From Trichoplax sp. H2 (lineage: Eukaryota), in the NCBI GenBank assembly GCA_003344405.1, contig NOWV01000116.1, forward strand, positions 62,001-126,000: DNA of 64,000 nucleotides, given 5' to 3'. Position 1 is the first letter of the stretch, and every line of letters begins with the position of its first letter. Below are positions 27,246-40,000 of this stretch, piece by piece. The position numbers and the translations under genes were made by a program. Under the pieces are notes generated by a model. It did not search any database, was not told where the DNA came from, and saw only the letters and a program-made list of their open reading frames with translations.

Positions 27246-30200
27246 GATGCCGATAAAATTACTAGTAAGTTTTATAGAACGATCTTTTGCCTTCTTTCCA
27301 TTTTAAGCTTATAATACTAAATAAAACTTAGCGCAAAATACAGTAGACGTGTTCTGGTTATTTAGAGTTTTAATATGAATAAATTGGATGTAAGAAATGA
27401 ATGAGTACAAAGATTCTTTCACCCGTTACAAATTTTCTATTCGACTTCCTTTGGACATGGTAAAATCTTTAACAGAGGTTAAATTCGGTGAAAAGTGAAT
27501 GAAATAAAATAAGTATAAATAACAAATGATTCCATTAAAAAATTAGTCAGCATGCACACGCCAATAAAAGCGAAAATACCTCGATGTCGGCCTTATTTGA
27601 CCAAAGCTACTAATGTGAAAATGTATACCGCACTACTCATATATAAGTAGTTGACGAGGGAAAGAGGTGCTCGATTAATTTTAACTGCCTCAGGCTAATG
27701 TTTTACCTGGGACATTCTATAAGTTAGGAAAATCTATAAAATACATTTAAAATAAATAATATTGGACATTATCATTGTCAAGGTAATTACTTTTGGAGCA
27801 CTTTCCCCGTAATTTTTTATTGTAAATGATAGTTAAATATGGAAAGTAAATATCCTAGGATGACAAAACTTATTACTCTTTGCTCGATTTCTCGTGAAAC
27901 TGAAGCTCTAGTATTTAGCCTTCATAAAATTTAGTCTTCTTTAGCCTTAATAATAATATAGGGCAGAATCTTCGATAGATTTCGATTTAGATTGTTTAAT
28001 AAGGAGAAGCCTCTGCAATATAGTGTAGATAAAAGGCGAAAAAAGGCTCTAGTACAGTAACCACTCGTAATTTAGTTCATTGAATGAACAGACATAGTAA
28101 ACAAAGAGGTGTTATAAAATTAGACTCTGTAACTTATGCTGTCGCGTTTTACCGTATCTAATAGCCAGAGCTATATCAATAAATGCTACATTATCGGTGT
28201 AATTTTGCAATCTAATTATCACCGTAATGCATTGATTGGACATTTATATTACTGTTTCGTAGGTAATTACACTTATCCTCAACATTGCATGACCGAAATT
28301 CATGATGAAATTCGGAAACTGTACCGTTCTATTGTCGATCTTATTAAGACACGGTCCACCATTGGCCTAATACTGCTAATAGGCAACAATTGAAGACTAC
28401 CAATTAAGGCCTTAAATACTTAGTATAAATTGTACAAGCAGTAGAGTGCATACCCGAGTATTTCATCATTAGCCACTATTTTTTAAGCGATTTATTCTAC
28501 CTAATCTACTGTATCATATAATTACAATGTCAAGGGTTATTAGTAATACTTCAACAAGCCTGCAAATCGTTGATAAACTTTCAACAACAGTTTGTAGAAG
28601 CGGTTGTTTTAAAAATTTCAGTCAATTTGCAAAATGTTTAATTTCGTAAATTGACGGTAACTGTCGTTAAGCTGTGGCACTTACTCACATTTAAAATTAG
28701 ACAAAATTTGTAAGCGAGTAAGTAAGATTTTATTAATACCTCATAGAAAAAGATCAAAAATTTTACTGATAATTATATAATATACTATACATTCTGATGT
28801 TACCTCAAAATCGTTGGCGTTTAAATGTTTCAATAAAGAACATTTCCTATTATGTCGAAAAATCACCTTGATCAGAGTCACTAAAACTATCCAGTATCTT
28901 TACGATATTGTCAAGGTCGATTTCGACGTTTTTCGACTCATCATCACATGAGATTACATACTAAACACTGCATGAATACACTAATTACACGTCCTTATGA
29001 TATTATTTGATCTTTTAGTGTACGAGATCTTGACCCTAAGTTTGCAATGCGATAACTCAAAATTTGAGATGTTAAAATAGAGCAAGTCTACAACGTGTCA
29101 TAAATAGTCAACACGGTATTAATGACTTTAAAAGTAATCTTTATAGCGCCTATCTGTCCAAGAAGAATTCCAATGACTTCTTCTCATAAGAATAGTGGAA
29201 ATCGGCTAATTAAATAAACTAGATAATCGACTTAGCCTATACAATAACAATTCCATCAGCTTGGATAAATTATAGTCAAATACTCTTCTACTGTACATTG
29301 AAGTCATCAATCAAATTTATTGCCTAATAACAGAATTTAATATGCCTATCAGCTACGACCTAATATAACACATAGTACACGTAGGAAAATTAAATTACGT
29401 TGAACCCCGGGTTAAATAAGATAGGAGATTTGCGGTGTTAGAGGTAATCTATTAGGTGTTATAGGCGTAGCGGATTATTAGTGGATAAAGCTAGGGATAT
29501 TAGTCGTACGGTTAAGTGGGACTGCATGGCACCTCAAGAAGAGGCACCGGCACGTCTCAGTAAATGACGGATGACTGGCCCAAAGTAGGGGATGACAATC
29601 ATACGTAGCTTGGGGTCTTGTATTTGCAAGAGCTATATTAAATGTTAATTAGAATAAGGAGTAGTATAGGAAAGTTAAAATAAGATATTTCTTCAACAAT
29701 TTACTTTGCAGAAATCTGATTTTGCTTTAGTTTGATTGCGTCGTAGAACTACTCTAATATAGAAGTAAGGTATTCTTATTAGTCATTTGTGTTTAAGAAT
29801 AATTCCTTCCGCTGTACTTCTTATATTCTAGAACGATCATCTTGCACCTATCTCGTTAGTTAGTTCAGCTAGCTACATGATAAGCTCGCACGCTTTACTT
29901 ATTCTACATTGCTATAGTTATTCGACCAGTAACGTTGTTGTACACACTGTAGCCTAACTCGGTTTTCTCTTCGGCATTAATTCCAATAAACTACTTCTCT
30001 GCTAATTTAACTCCAATAATCTATTGCAATCATGACGGATCGCAAGTCTTCCAAAATATTACCAATCTTACATAATTTGATTCGGTTACTACGTAGTAAA
30101 GGATAAGTAACCCACTTAATTAATGTAAAAAATCTATTGAGATATTTATATTAAAATGCAGAGACATAAATAGATTATGTCAAGTGTAGAAGTACTGTGG

Positions 30201-31378
30201 GATTTATATTGTGAGGCTTTAATTAGAAACATGAATTATGAATAGATGGCACGATAGTAAATTTAGATATAATCTGATGACTTAATTGGTAAGATATGAT
30301 TACGCTGAAGGAACATCATTCCGTGACTTATAGAATATACATCGTGAATATTTCTTTAATAATCTAGATAGCCTAGGGATAGTCTGATTGCACTAGATAG
30401 TCCTTGTAACTTCACTTTATTATATCTCGGCTTGTCTTACAATTCCTGTACAAGAAACTGTAGTTCTGTTTTTATATTTTCTTTCATTATACCGCCCATC
30501 ATCAATAATTACTTTGTTAATATGTATTAACAGAATTTTTTTATATAAATTAAATAATTAAAAATAGTATGTTAGGCTGTTGGATATAGAATGGATTATT
30601 GTACGTCATACAGTGAAGCTTATTCTATTTTACTTGCACACTTTAAACACATTTTACTGCTATAATTGGCTGCAATATAATGGATATGAAATTATTATAA
30701 TGAACACTTTGAATTCCAACTTAATTTATATTTAGATATAAATACCAGTTTACTTTAAGTGTTAACAACAAACTTACATAATTACTTAGAAGAATTATAG
30801 AAGGGCCAAACTACTACTGTAATCAACCAAATTATTCAAAAAATGAGATTGCTGGCGATTTTAGGAATATCCTAACTTTTATCTCCTTATTTCATTACAT
30901 TTCATTAATTTTTACTACTGAACTGTACTACTTTTTCATACAGTATGCTACGTAGAGCAGTTTGTAGTACCAAACAATCATCTTATTACTCTAAAGTATT
31001 TTAAATTAAATTAGCAATCAATCACATATAATAAGATAAATACTACTGTAGATTCCCGAAATTACCAAATCAATAATAATCGTAATCTATCTTAAATTTT
31101 GTTTTGCTATCATAATTGGAGCATGATTATAGAAATTAACTAAATATTTCACTTAAATTGCAATCAAAAATTGCATAATTCTTAACATAATGATGCTACT
31201 GGATATCGTTTAATTCTAAACCTAATACAATAGTCGGGTTCACAATATACAGACGATGATGAAATTGTAATTTGTTAATGTTGTTCTCGAAAGTCTTTTA
31301 TACTTCAACTACTCATGTCTTTCGATTTATGATCGAGTGAATTTTTTTGCCTAGATTCTACACACATGAATTCATCTG

Positions 31379-34300
31379 CTATGCAATAGGATCCATAGTT
31401 GATCTATCGATCAGAAGTTCACTTTCCGTATTAATCCCTACATTTTCTACAATTCCATTTTCATTTCTGTTATTACTGCATGTAAAAGCATTCTTGATTG
31501 CTTGTAAAATAAGTCTAAATTGAATTTCTCCTTTCTTTATAAATAGATTTGCTTGACTAGATTCATTTTCGTTATTTTCAATTCCCGCCGGGCCAATACT
31601 TGTATTAAATTGATTTCCATTCGTGATAACATTTTCTGACGATTGATTATTACTCGATAATGTTTTACTAGTATGTAGCCTTTCAGTCGTATTGATTTGG
31701 TTGTATCGTCCAAAAGTTACTCTAAAGAACTGAAGAATCGGCTGAAAATAAGCTCCTCTTTCGAAAAAGAATCGATAACCTCTTCTATATTGAATAATAT
31801 TAGCAATCAATATTCTATCAACAGTTTCTTCATCAACTTCTGATACTTTAAAATAATTGATCGAGAGAAGCATTACTACATAAATAACCGGAGTGTTAGC
31901 GATTGCGCTATTTAACGATGAATACGATTCTACTCTGTAATCTAGTAGTACTGTCAAAATAAAGATGAAAAATATACCCAACACAAGAATAATATTGGAT
32001 ATTATTTGCCACAAGCTTAATGATACTGATGGCATATAATATCTTAGATATTCATATAGTTCTGACGGAATTGATATACGTTCATAATGAGCGATATCAT
32101 CTTGGATAAAGTAAACTTGTTTTGTATACTTTAAAAAATCTTGACAGCTATTGCTATTTAGATAGGTTTCGATACAATACTTTACTCCTTCGAATTCTCG
32201 TAAGAATGGACAGCTTTTACAGCCACTTGTACATTGCAGTAGGCTTACTGTTGTTTGCTTTCGATCATCATCCATAATCTTGATTTCATATTGTATAACA
32301 ATTTTGGATATTCCATCAATGATTTGATGATGAGGTTGATTTAATATCCATATAGCATAAATTTCTAGTTTTTTCTTTACTTGCGGATCTTTCAGCATTT
32401 CTGGTACATCAATTCTGATCTCATCGTAATCATTGATTATAAACACTTCTAAAACAGCTTTCTCAGCATTTAATATTGAATTCATTCTATCTTCGACTAC
32501 ATCTCTTAATTGCATTATCTTTGTTGGTATTCTACTACAATTTTTGTTATAAACATTGAGAATCTGTATTAAGTAATGCATAAATGGAATTCCCATAACA
32601 ATTATCGGAGAAAAGTATGCTGAATAGGCAACTACAAAAGCAATAATAGATATAATAATTCTAAATACAAGTTGAATTCCCATAAATAGTAGCATAATGT
32701 TAACACCTATATGGCAAAAACACAATGATGAAATACAAACGGATATGGCAGGATTAATAAATCGCCATTTTGGATTATTTGATAGATAAGCTTCTTTCAG
32801 GTTTAGTGTTAATCTTTCCGATATAAAAAATATCACACGAAAAATACTAATTCGAATAGCAAGGAAAAAAGGCAAAATTCCTGCTAGCGATAAACAATTA
32901 AGAATAAATCCGGTAAGATTACGTAATCTCAAGTGGTATAGCGCAGCTTTAAGATAATTAGCGATTAGAAAATACGATTGTTGATAGCTGATTCGTGTAA
33001 GATACCGATGTTGGTTTGCTTTGACTTTACGACTAGCATCACTCCAGAATAATTTTAAATGAGCAATGATAATTATTATTGTAGCAATTGAAAAGGGAAC
33101 AGCCACTCTTAGAATTAAATGTATAGTTTTTGAGTGTATATTTAGTCCTTTAATTCTGGGATAAATCATAAACATTAAAGGTAATGATTGTATAAAATAT
33201 GACAATATTCCAGCAGCAACAGATACGATTGTAAATAAGAGATATTGTAAGCTTATGATGATAGGTTTATAATGATAGCTAGGGTCGCTATTATAGCAAA
33301 TAGCATACCCTAATTCTTGCAAAGGTAAGGGATTCAAGATATGGACAGGTATAGATCCGATTGTAGTATACCTAAGCGTGAATTAAGAAAACTAAAGTCA
33401 ATTAAGTTCCCATCAATAAATGTTAGCGCATTATACATTTAATTTTTAGTTAGAAATTAAAATAACGTTTATAATCGAAAAGATCATTATGAATGACTGC
33501 ATTTGCTATAAATTGGTATAAGGAAAGAATGACCTTGGCGAGAATTTGGAAAATATAATATTGTTTACTGAATAATGTCAAGTGAATTGAATTTCAAAAA
33601 AATTTTTACGATGTCGTACTTAGTGTTGCATCCATTTTAACAAAAATAGAATACCCATATACATGGAAGTATGATCTACTGAAACTCTTTTAATTCTGAC
33701 TGCTCTTAACTAACAGTTAAAATATAACTTAAAATAACATAAATGAGCCCATAATTTTCCCATGCAAATATGAAAGTTGTAAAGTAATTATTTAGCTTGG
33801 CTATAACGTCGCTTGGTAACAAAATTTCAGGACTCTTACAATATTACTTTATATTATACACATCTATAATTCATACGGAACTGTGGCTGCTGGACCAACG
33901 CCAAACTAGTGATACATCCTTTAGTAAATAAAATAATTTTGTTTCGAAAAATGTAACACCAAATTTAGCTTTAGATTAAAGATTTGTACGTAATAATATA
34001 AGTTGTGGGCTTGATTGCAAGATTGTCCGAGAATTTATTTCTAGATGACATCTACGATACGTAATTTAGCTTTTTTATAGCAGTGAATATGGTAAAAGCA
34101 ATAGCTACCGTATTAATTGGTCATACGATAGTGAGTTGAATTTTGAGCTTACTACTCACTTGATTGGCAAGATTGGTAATTTTACTAAAAATCATAGTTA
34201 CGTTTTATTATAATATTTTAAAGATGCCACATCATACTATATTATTCTACTTTAAACTTAATGATACTATAACACTTTACTTTGCATTAAGCATATTACC

Positions 34301-35110
34301 GTGCTTTAGTTAAACTGGAGGTGAGCAAGCGTAATTAAAATATTTCAAAGATAACGTTCTATACTAAACTTACATTATTTGCCTTTCCAAGTAATTATCG
34401 AAGACTTCATTTAAAGCTATTCCGCTTAGGTAAATACTCACTGCCAAAGTGAACACTTGCATTAAAGGGACATACCAATTAACTGTATCTTCTTTTAGGC
34501 ATTGTGCAATATTAACTTTCCCAGTTAGTAAATCTTTTTGACAACATGAAAAGTCAATTTTAGTAGTAACAGTGCCATCATGTTCACCATAAGATCTTTT
34601 GCAAATGGTTCCACAGTTATCGTTTGTACAATTTTGACTTAATCGAGTGAAATTTACTAAAGTTATAAATGTAACAACGTCCTTACATTCTTTAGATATA
34701 CGACGATAGCAGTCAGGTGGCGATTCTTGGAAATTGATTTTTAATGTCGATATGAAAATCTTATAAAGACTAAATGTTAAGGCAACATAATCACCAGGCA
34801 AAGTAAATACAGCTATTCCTAATTTTCTCTTGACCCATGCAAAGAATATAGGATTTTCATAGCCTTTATTTTTATGAACAGGTTGGTTACCTACATAAAA
34901 ATTAAAGAAGATTGCTTTTATTTCTTTAGTTTGAAGTATTTGGGTAAAATTAGCGTAAGCCTGTGGTTCATCCTTAACGTTGAGTTGACACCATGTACAT
35001 AAATCGGCCTGTGCTTTTACGGTAGAAAATAGAGGCAATAGCAAGATATAGATTGCAAGCAGCATGCAATAGGGTATATGTCGATATCCAGATTTTATTA
35101 AGTTCATCAT
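31379..35110 (-). CDS. Uncharacterised multi-pass membrane protein, array copy E (909 aa)
   Basis: Exons 34374-35110 (first ATG; the track ORF starts at a GTG) and 31379-33371. AT|GTAAGT and gcttag|G, phase 2; junction reads RQIM-YTTIGSIPVHILN. Closest to copy D. Confidence 0.9.
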
Positions 35111-37041
35111 AATAATGATAAAATTATTGGTTAGCTTTGTGGAACAATCTGACACTTTCTTTTTAACCCTACAATCATAAGTAGAAATCTAGGGAAGATC
35201 CTATGAGATAGTATATTGATAGACCTGACTTTCAAGGTGATTTAACAAAGTGTGAGAAATGAATGGTATATTAGTTCTTTTCTCAGCCATAAACTTTCTC
35301 TTAAATATCATTTAGGCACAATAAAGTTTTCCATATGTGCTTATTTCGGTGAAAATTGAATTAAGCCAAATCATCATAAATCACAAATTATTCAAATAAA
35401 AACTCCTTTATAAACACGCATATGTCAATAAAAACTAATTATGCTTCCACATTTGCTTCATTTAATGTAAAGAATTATTAAGAAAACATATGCCGCAATA
35501 TAATGTTTGATGAGGGGAAGAGAAACATTATATTAATTATTACAGCTCTAAGCTAATGTCATTAATAATTATTACTATAAGAAATAGGTTTTATTATAAT
35601 ACATTGTATCCGTACATTGATCATGGTTACAAAGAAACCTACTCTTGAATGCTTTCGCTGTATTTTATAATTATCGATTAATTAATTACTGGTTGGCCCT
35701 CGCTCGTTATACTTCGCATGTGCCAACAATACTTATACCCTTTTATTAATGATTGATACGAAAAGTAAATAAACATACCAAATAATAGTTAACCTTTATC
35801 CAATTTTCCACAAAAATGAAGTTGCAGTAAAGACATACCTAAATACAGTACTATGCCTGTACTAAGTCTACCAGAAGTAATAGTAGCATTTGTTATTATT
35901 AGATACGAAAAGTAAATACAGCTACAAGGTAATGTTTATTCTTTGTTCAATTATCCGTAAAATTGAATTTATAATACTATGCTTTGGTGAAGAACTAGTA
36001 TTTTCTGTCCCCTTAAAAACGTACAGTCACAATCACAGCATATCCAGTGTGTTTTCTATACTAGTCGATCCCTCGTTCATTATACTTCACGTGTAGCAAC
36101 TGTACTCGTACTCATGCTGCTTACTAATTTACATGCGCGTTCTTTTGGCTGACATGGAATAAATTTATGTGTCTGCTTTTAATGACTATGCGTACTATTG
36201 ACTTCATTCGTAGAACAGTAGCAATTAAATTATGTAATACTCAGGATTGCGTTGCTAGCCTCTATAATTATAATTAGTCTGCATAAAGCAACTTGTTCTA
36301 TCATTTTACATCATAACGTGTTTAGGCACAAGTGCTAGGAGGGGCAAGTAATGTACGAACAATCAGGGGCAATGTGAAGTCCTCGAATAGGTGTAGTCCT
36401 GTTGGCCAATAAGTTTACAGGCTGGCAAGATACGTTATAATATGCTGTACTCATGCTTTTAGTACTATGATCGAATATAGTAGGCGATATTAGCTACTTT
36501 CATCTAAGCGACAGGCATACGAGTAAATGTAGAAGAAGACTACGTAACTTTAATTTTTATTCATTGGGATAGTCAGTTCAACTTGCAGACGATAACTACA
36601 GACTTCTTGCAGTAATATTATAATTATTGAAGCACTGATTATGACCGTGACTTCTCAATGAATATCAAGCCAAGACTATATTAAACTCAGAGGTTATAAT
36701 TAAGAACCATATCTACATTTTTTATTGAGGTACCGAGAAATAAAATGTTTACAATACATGTTATCCACTCTGTATAATAAAGTCTATAGCTCAATATTGT
36801 TGCAGTTTTGATGTATTTTGGAGGCAAATTAAAATAAAATAATTCACGAATTTAGAGTTGTCAAAGTACTTAATATAAACCAATCATTGATTTATCTATT
36901 ATTTATAGCGGTCAGAACGGTATATAATAATGCTGCCAAATGCGTTTATCGTACATTAACCCGCGATAAGATCTTTGCAGCTTAGACCGATGAAATAAAT
37001 CAACTTTACTTTTACATAAAAGGCAATATATGACTGAAATC

Positions 37042-40000
37042 TTATCTTCTAGATGTCTTTCCTTGCTTCCTCTTACCGGAATATAAATGCTTAGGCTTCA
37101 AATCGGGAATAGCTCTATCACTTTCACCTAAAATGTATTCGAGATGAGATATTAACTTAAAGATTAATCAAATAGCGAGACAAATGACGGTGACCATGGC
37201 ATATAACAGTAAGTGGATTTTAAACGGTTTACAGTACCTTTCAGAGCCCCAAACCTAATTTTCTTTTGAGATTTCTTAGTTAATATTCTCGCCCTTGCCT
37301 TTTGCTGTAAAAAAACATAATCATATTTAGAATCTGTACCCAAAATAGTTGTACGTAGTTCAATTTAAATTGCAATTTTAGCTTACTGAAGGATTTGCAA
37401 AGGCCGATTCATCACGTGGTCGTGATTGGCTGCGAGTAACACTTCGTGATGCCTTACGCTTACGCTGCATGATTTCCTTCGATAGCGATTGTCGCTTTCG
37501 TGACACTGCATTAGCCTATATTGTTGATTACAACATCAATTTTCATTTACTACACAACAATAACGAAAGGCTATAATAAAAAAAATTTGTACTTCAGTAG
37601 AAGTATCCATTGATTCCATTTCATCCATATTTTGAAATTTGTCCAGTCGCGACCGAGTAGCCTAGAGTCAGAATGGCAACGATCAGTTCTCTCAAATCTA
37701 ACTATTTACCGTGGTCGTTTCATTTATCTATCTAGCGGAATACCTGTATCTTTCTTCGAGGCATTGTAGGCTTATTCCTAGATTTCTTTTCGCGATTTTT
37801 TAACGCTAGCAGCTTTTTCTTACTTCGAATACTATCAAATGATGTGTCATATAGTGTTTAATCTATCGAACGACTTCTAGTAATAAAAAAATTATAATAT
37901 AACACATACAGATCTGCTTTCTTTTTGATCTCAGTATATTCATCGTCATCTTCGTCCTATATACAAAGACAACATTTAAGACCTCTCTCTAACGAACTGA
38001 CATACATGTGCAATAGTAGATGATTGTCATTACGTAGCAGTATTGGCTATTAAACTTACAATTTCGTCATCGTATATTCCGGCAGCTTCTCTTAGTTCCT
38101 CTTCTCTTTCCAAACTTTCTAATTTCTAATTCAAGTTAAGAATTGTCAGTAATTTACGAGATTAACTAGATATAAGAGTATAGATCAGATCTACATACTT
38201 CCATAATTTCAGGATCAATAAAGTCTGCAATATTTTTCCCTTCGTATATTTCGGGTACGATATCATACTTTTCATCTTCGTTCTTTAAGTCGTATTCCCC
38301 TAAAATTGTAAATATAATTTTAACAACTCAAGATTACACAAACAGTAGGTCAGATTGATGAGAGGAAATAAAGCATGCATACTTTTTAAATCTAAAATGT
38401 AATCATCTCCTAGCTCTTCTTCATAATCACGCATCTGCATATTCAGGACGTAATAAATGCGCATAATATTGAAAGGTTGTTAATAAATAAGCTAGTACAA
38501 CTTTACGGAAAAGTGTTGCAAATATAAATCCAAGAAAATTCATGATACTTCAGTTTTATGAAATAATATTATCACTAACAAGCTTTTTTTTGCTAATCGA
38601 ATCATCGATAGCTTTCTTTTCCTTTACTGAATCCGGAATGAACACAGGACGGTCCTACAAGAAATAGATCAAGCTATTACAAATGTAGTTTATTCTTAAT
38701 TGTCAAAGTCAAGAATGGACGAACTTTATCATCTCTCTGAACTGGGGTGGCAACATGAACCCGATTAATGATATCATTTACTCTTCGCGATTTTAGCTTG
38801 ACTTCTATGCGCTGTGCTAGCAGTCTTTCACAAGCCTTTCATAATAAATGCGGTAACGCCTTCAATACCAGAACTTGACAAAATTTTGTCATACATTACA
38901 TTTAATAGCTACAAAATTTTAACCTCTTTCTTAACGTCAAAAAGACCTTCCTCGGTTACTGTGCTCATTGGAAGTAAGTCAATTCCTTCAGTAGTGAGAC
39001 TTTGAAGTTGAGTCTATTACGTAATAAAAGTGTTTGAATAATAATGTCGTCTCTACAAGCTTAGAAATATATTTTAATTAAGCGCATTAGAGGTAAATTT
39101 AAAATTATAATAGAGGATTTAGACCTTAACATCATCGGATAAATCTGTCACTCCAATAATATCGATTTTATTTAGGGCAATTAATATTGGCTGTAAACAT
39201 ATAATTGAGTTTGTAATAAGGAAAAAAAGTAATGCGTACGATTATTATTAAATCAAGTACTGATGATGATTAATGATCGAATATACTATACCTTTTTGCT
39301 AAATAAGGGCTGCAAACTACGAAATAGTCCAATCTGAAATGAGCGTTGATATCATCATAAGCAATGTAGTATCTGGCATTACCATTTACGTCGTTTGGCG
39401 ATAACATGTGGTAATTCCTTACCTGTTCCTCTATACTATGTCCACATTGTCCAGAGATATCCATAATATATAAAACAGCGGCACGTAAATGTGCAAGCGC
39501 AGCAATTGCCTATCCATGAAATGAAGTTGGCCTATTATCATCGTGATCATTAATAGTAGGAAAAGCGTAATCAAAACTTACCTGCATTTCTATAGCATTC
39601 CTTTGTTCTAGAGAATGATCTAAAATCCCAGGTGTATCTACAACCTTGTAATTAAAGCAAAACATAATTCTGTCTATCAAGATGAAAGCGTCCAATAAAT
39701 GGAAATCATCGCTAACATGGTATACCTGCCATCTAAGATATTTATAATCCATATGTCCAACAAATAGAGATTTGGTCGTGAAAGCATAAGGTTGAACTTC
39801 AACGTCAGCTCGAGTTATCTTGTTGATAAAACTAGATTTACCAACGTTAGGAAATCTAATGCGGAAAAGAATTTCAATTTCCATTACTGCATCTACATAC
39901 TGTATGACTATGTTTTGACCGTACTACTGTAAGTACCAGTACGTCACAGTCGCTCATCATCGGCCGGAGGAAAAGTGCAGTACTTACCCGCAGATAAGGA

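Noticed and set aside
4361-35155. Alternating short and long ORFs read as two-gene modules (operon, toxin-immunity or ligand-receptor pairs)
   Set aside because: Each short ORF ends in a GT donor, and each long ORF stays open upstream to an AG acceptor in the matching phase with no conserved ATG. They are two exons of one gene.
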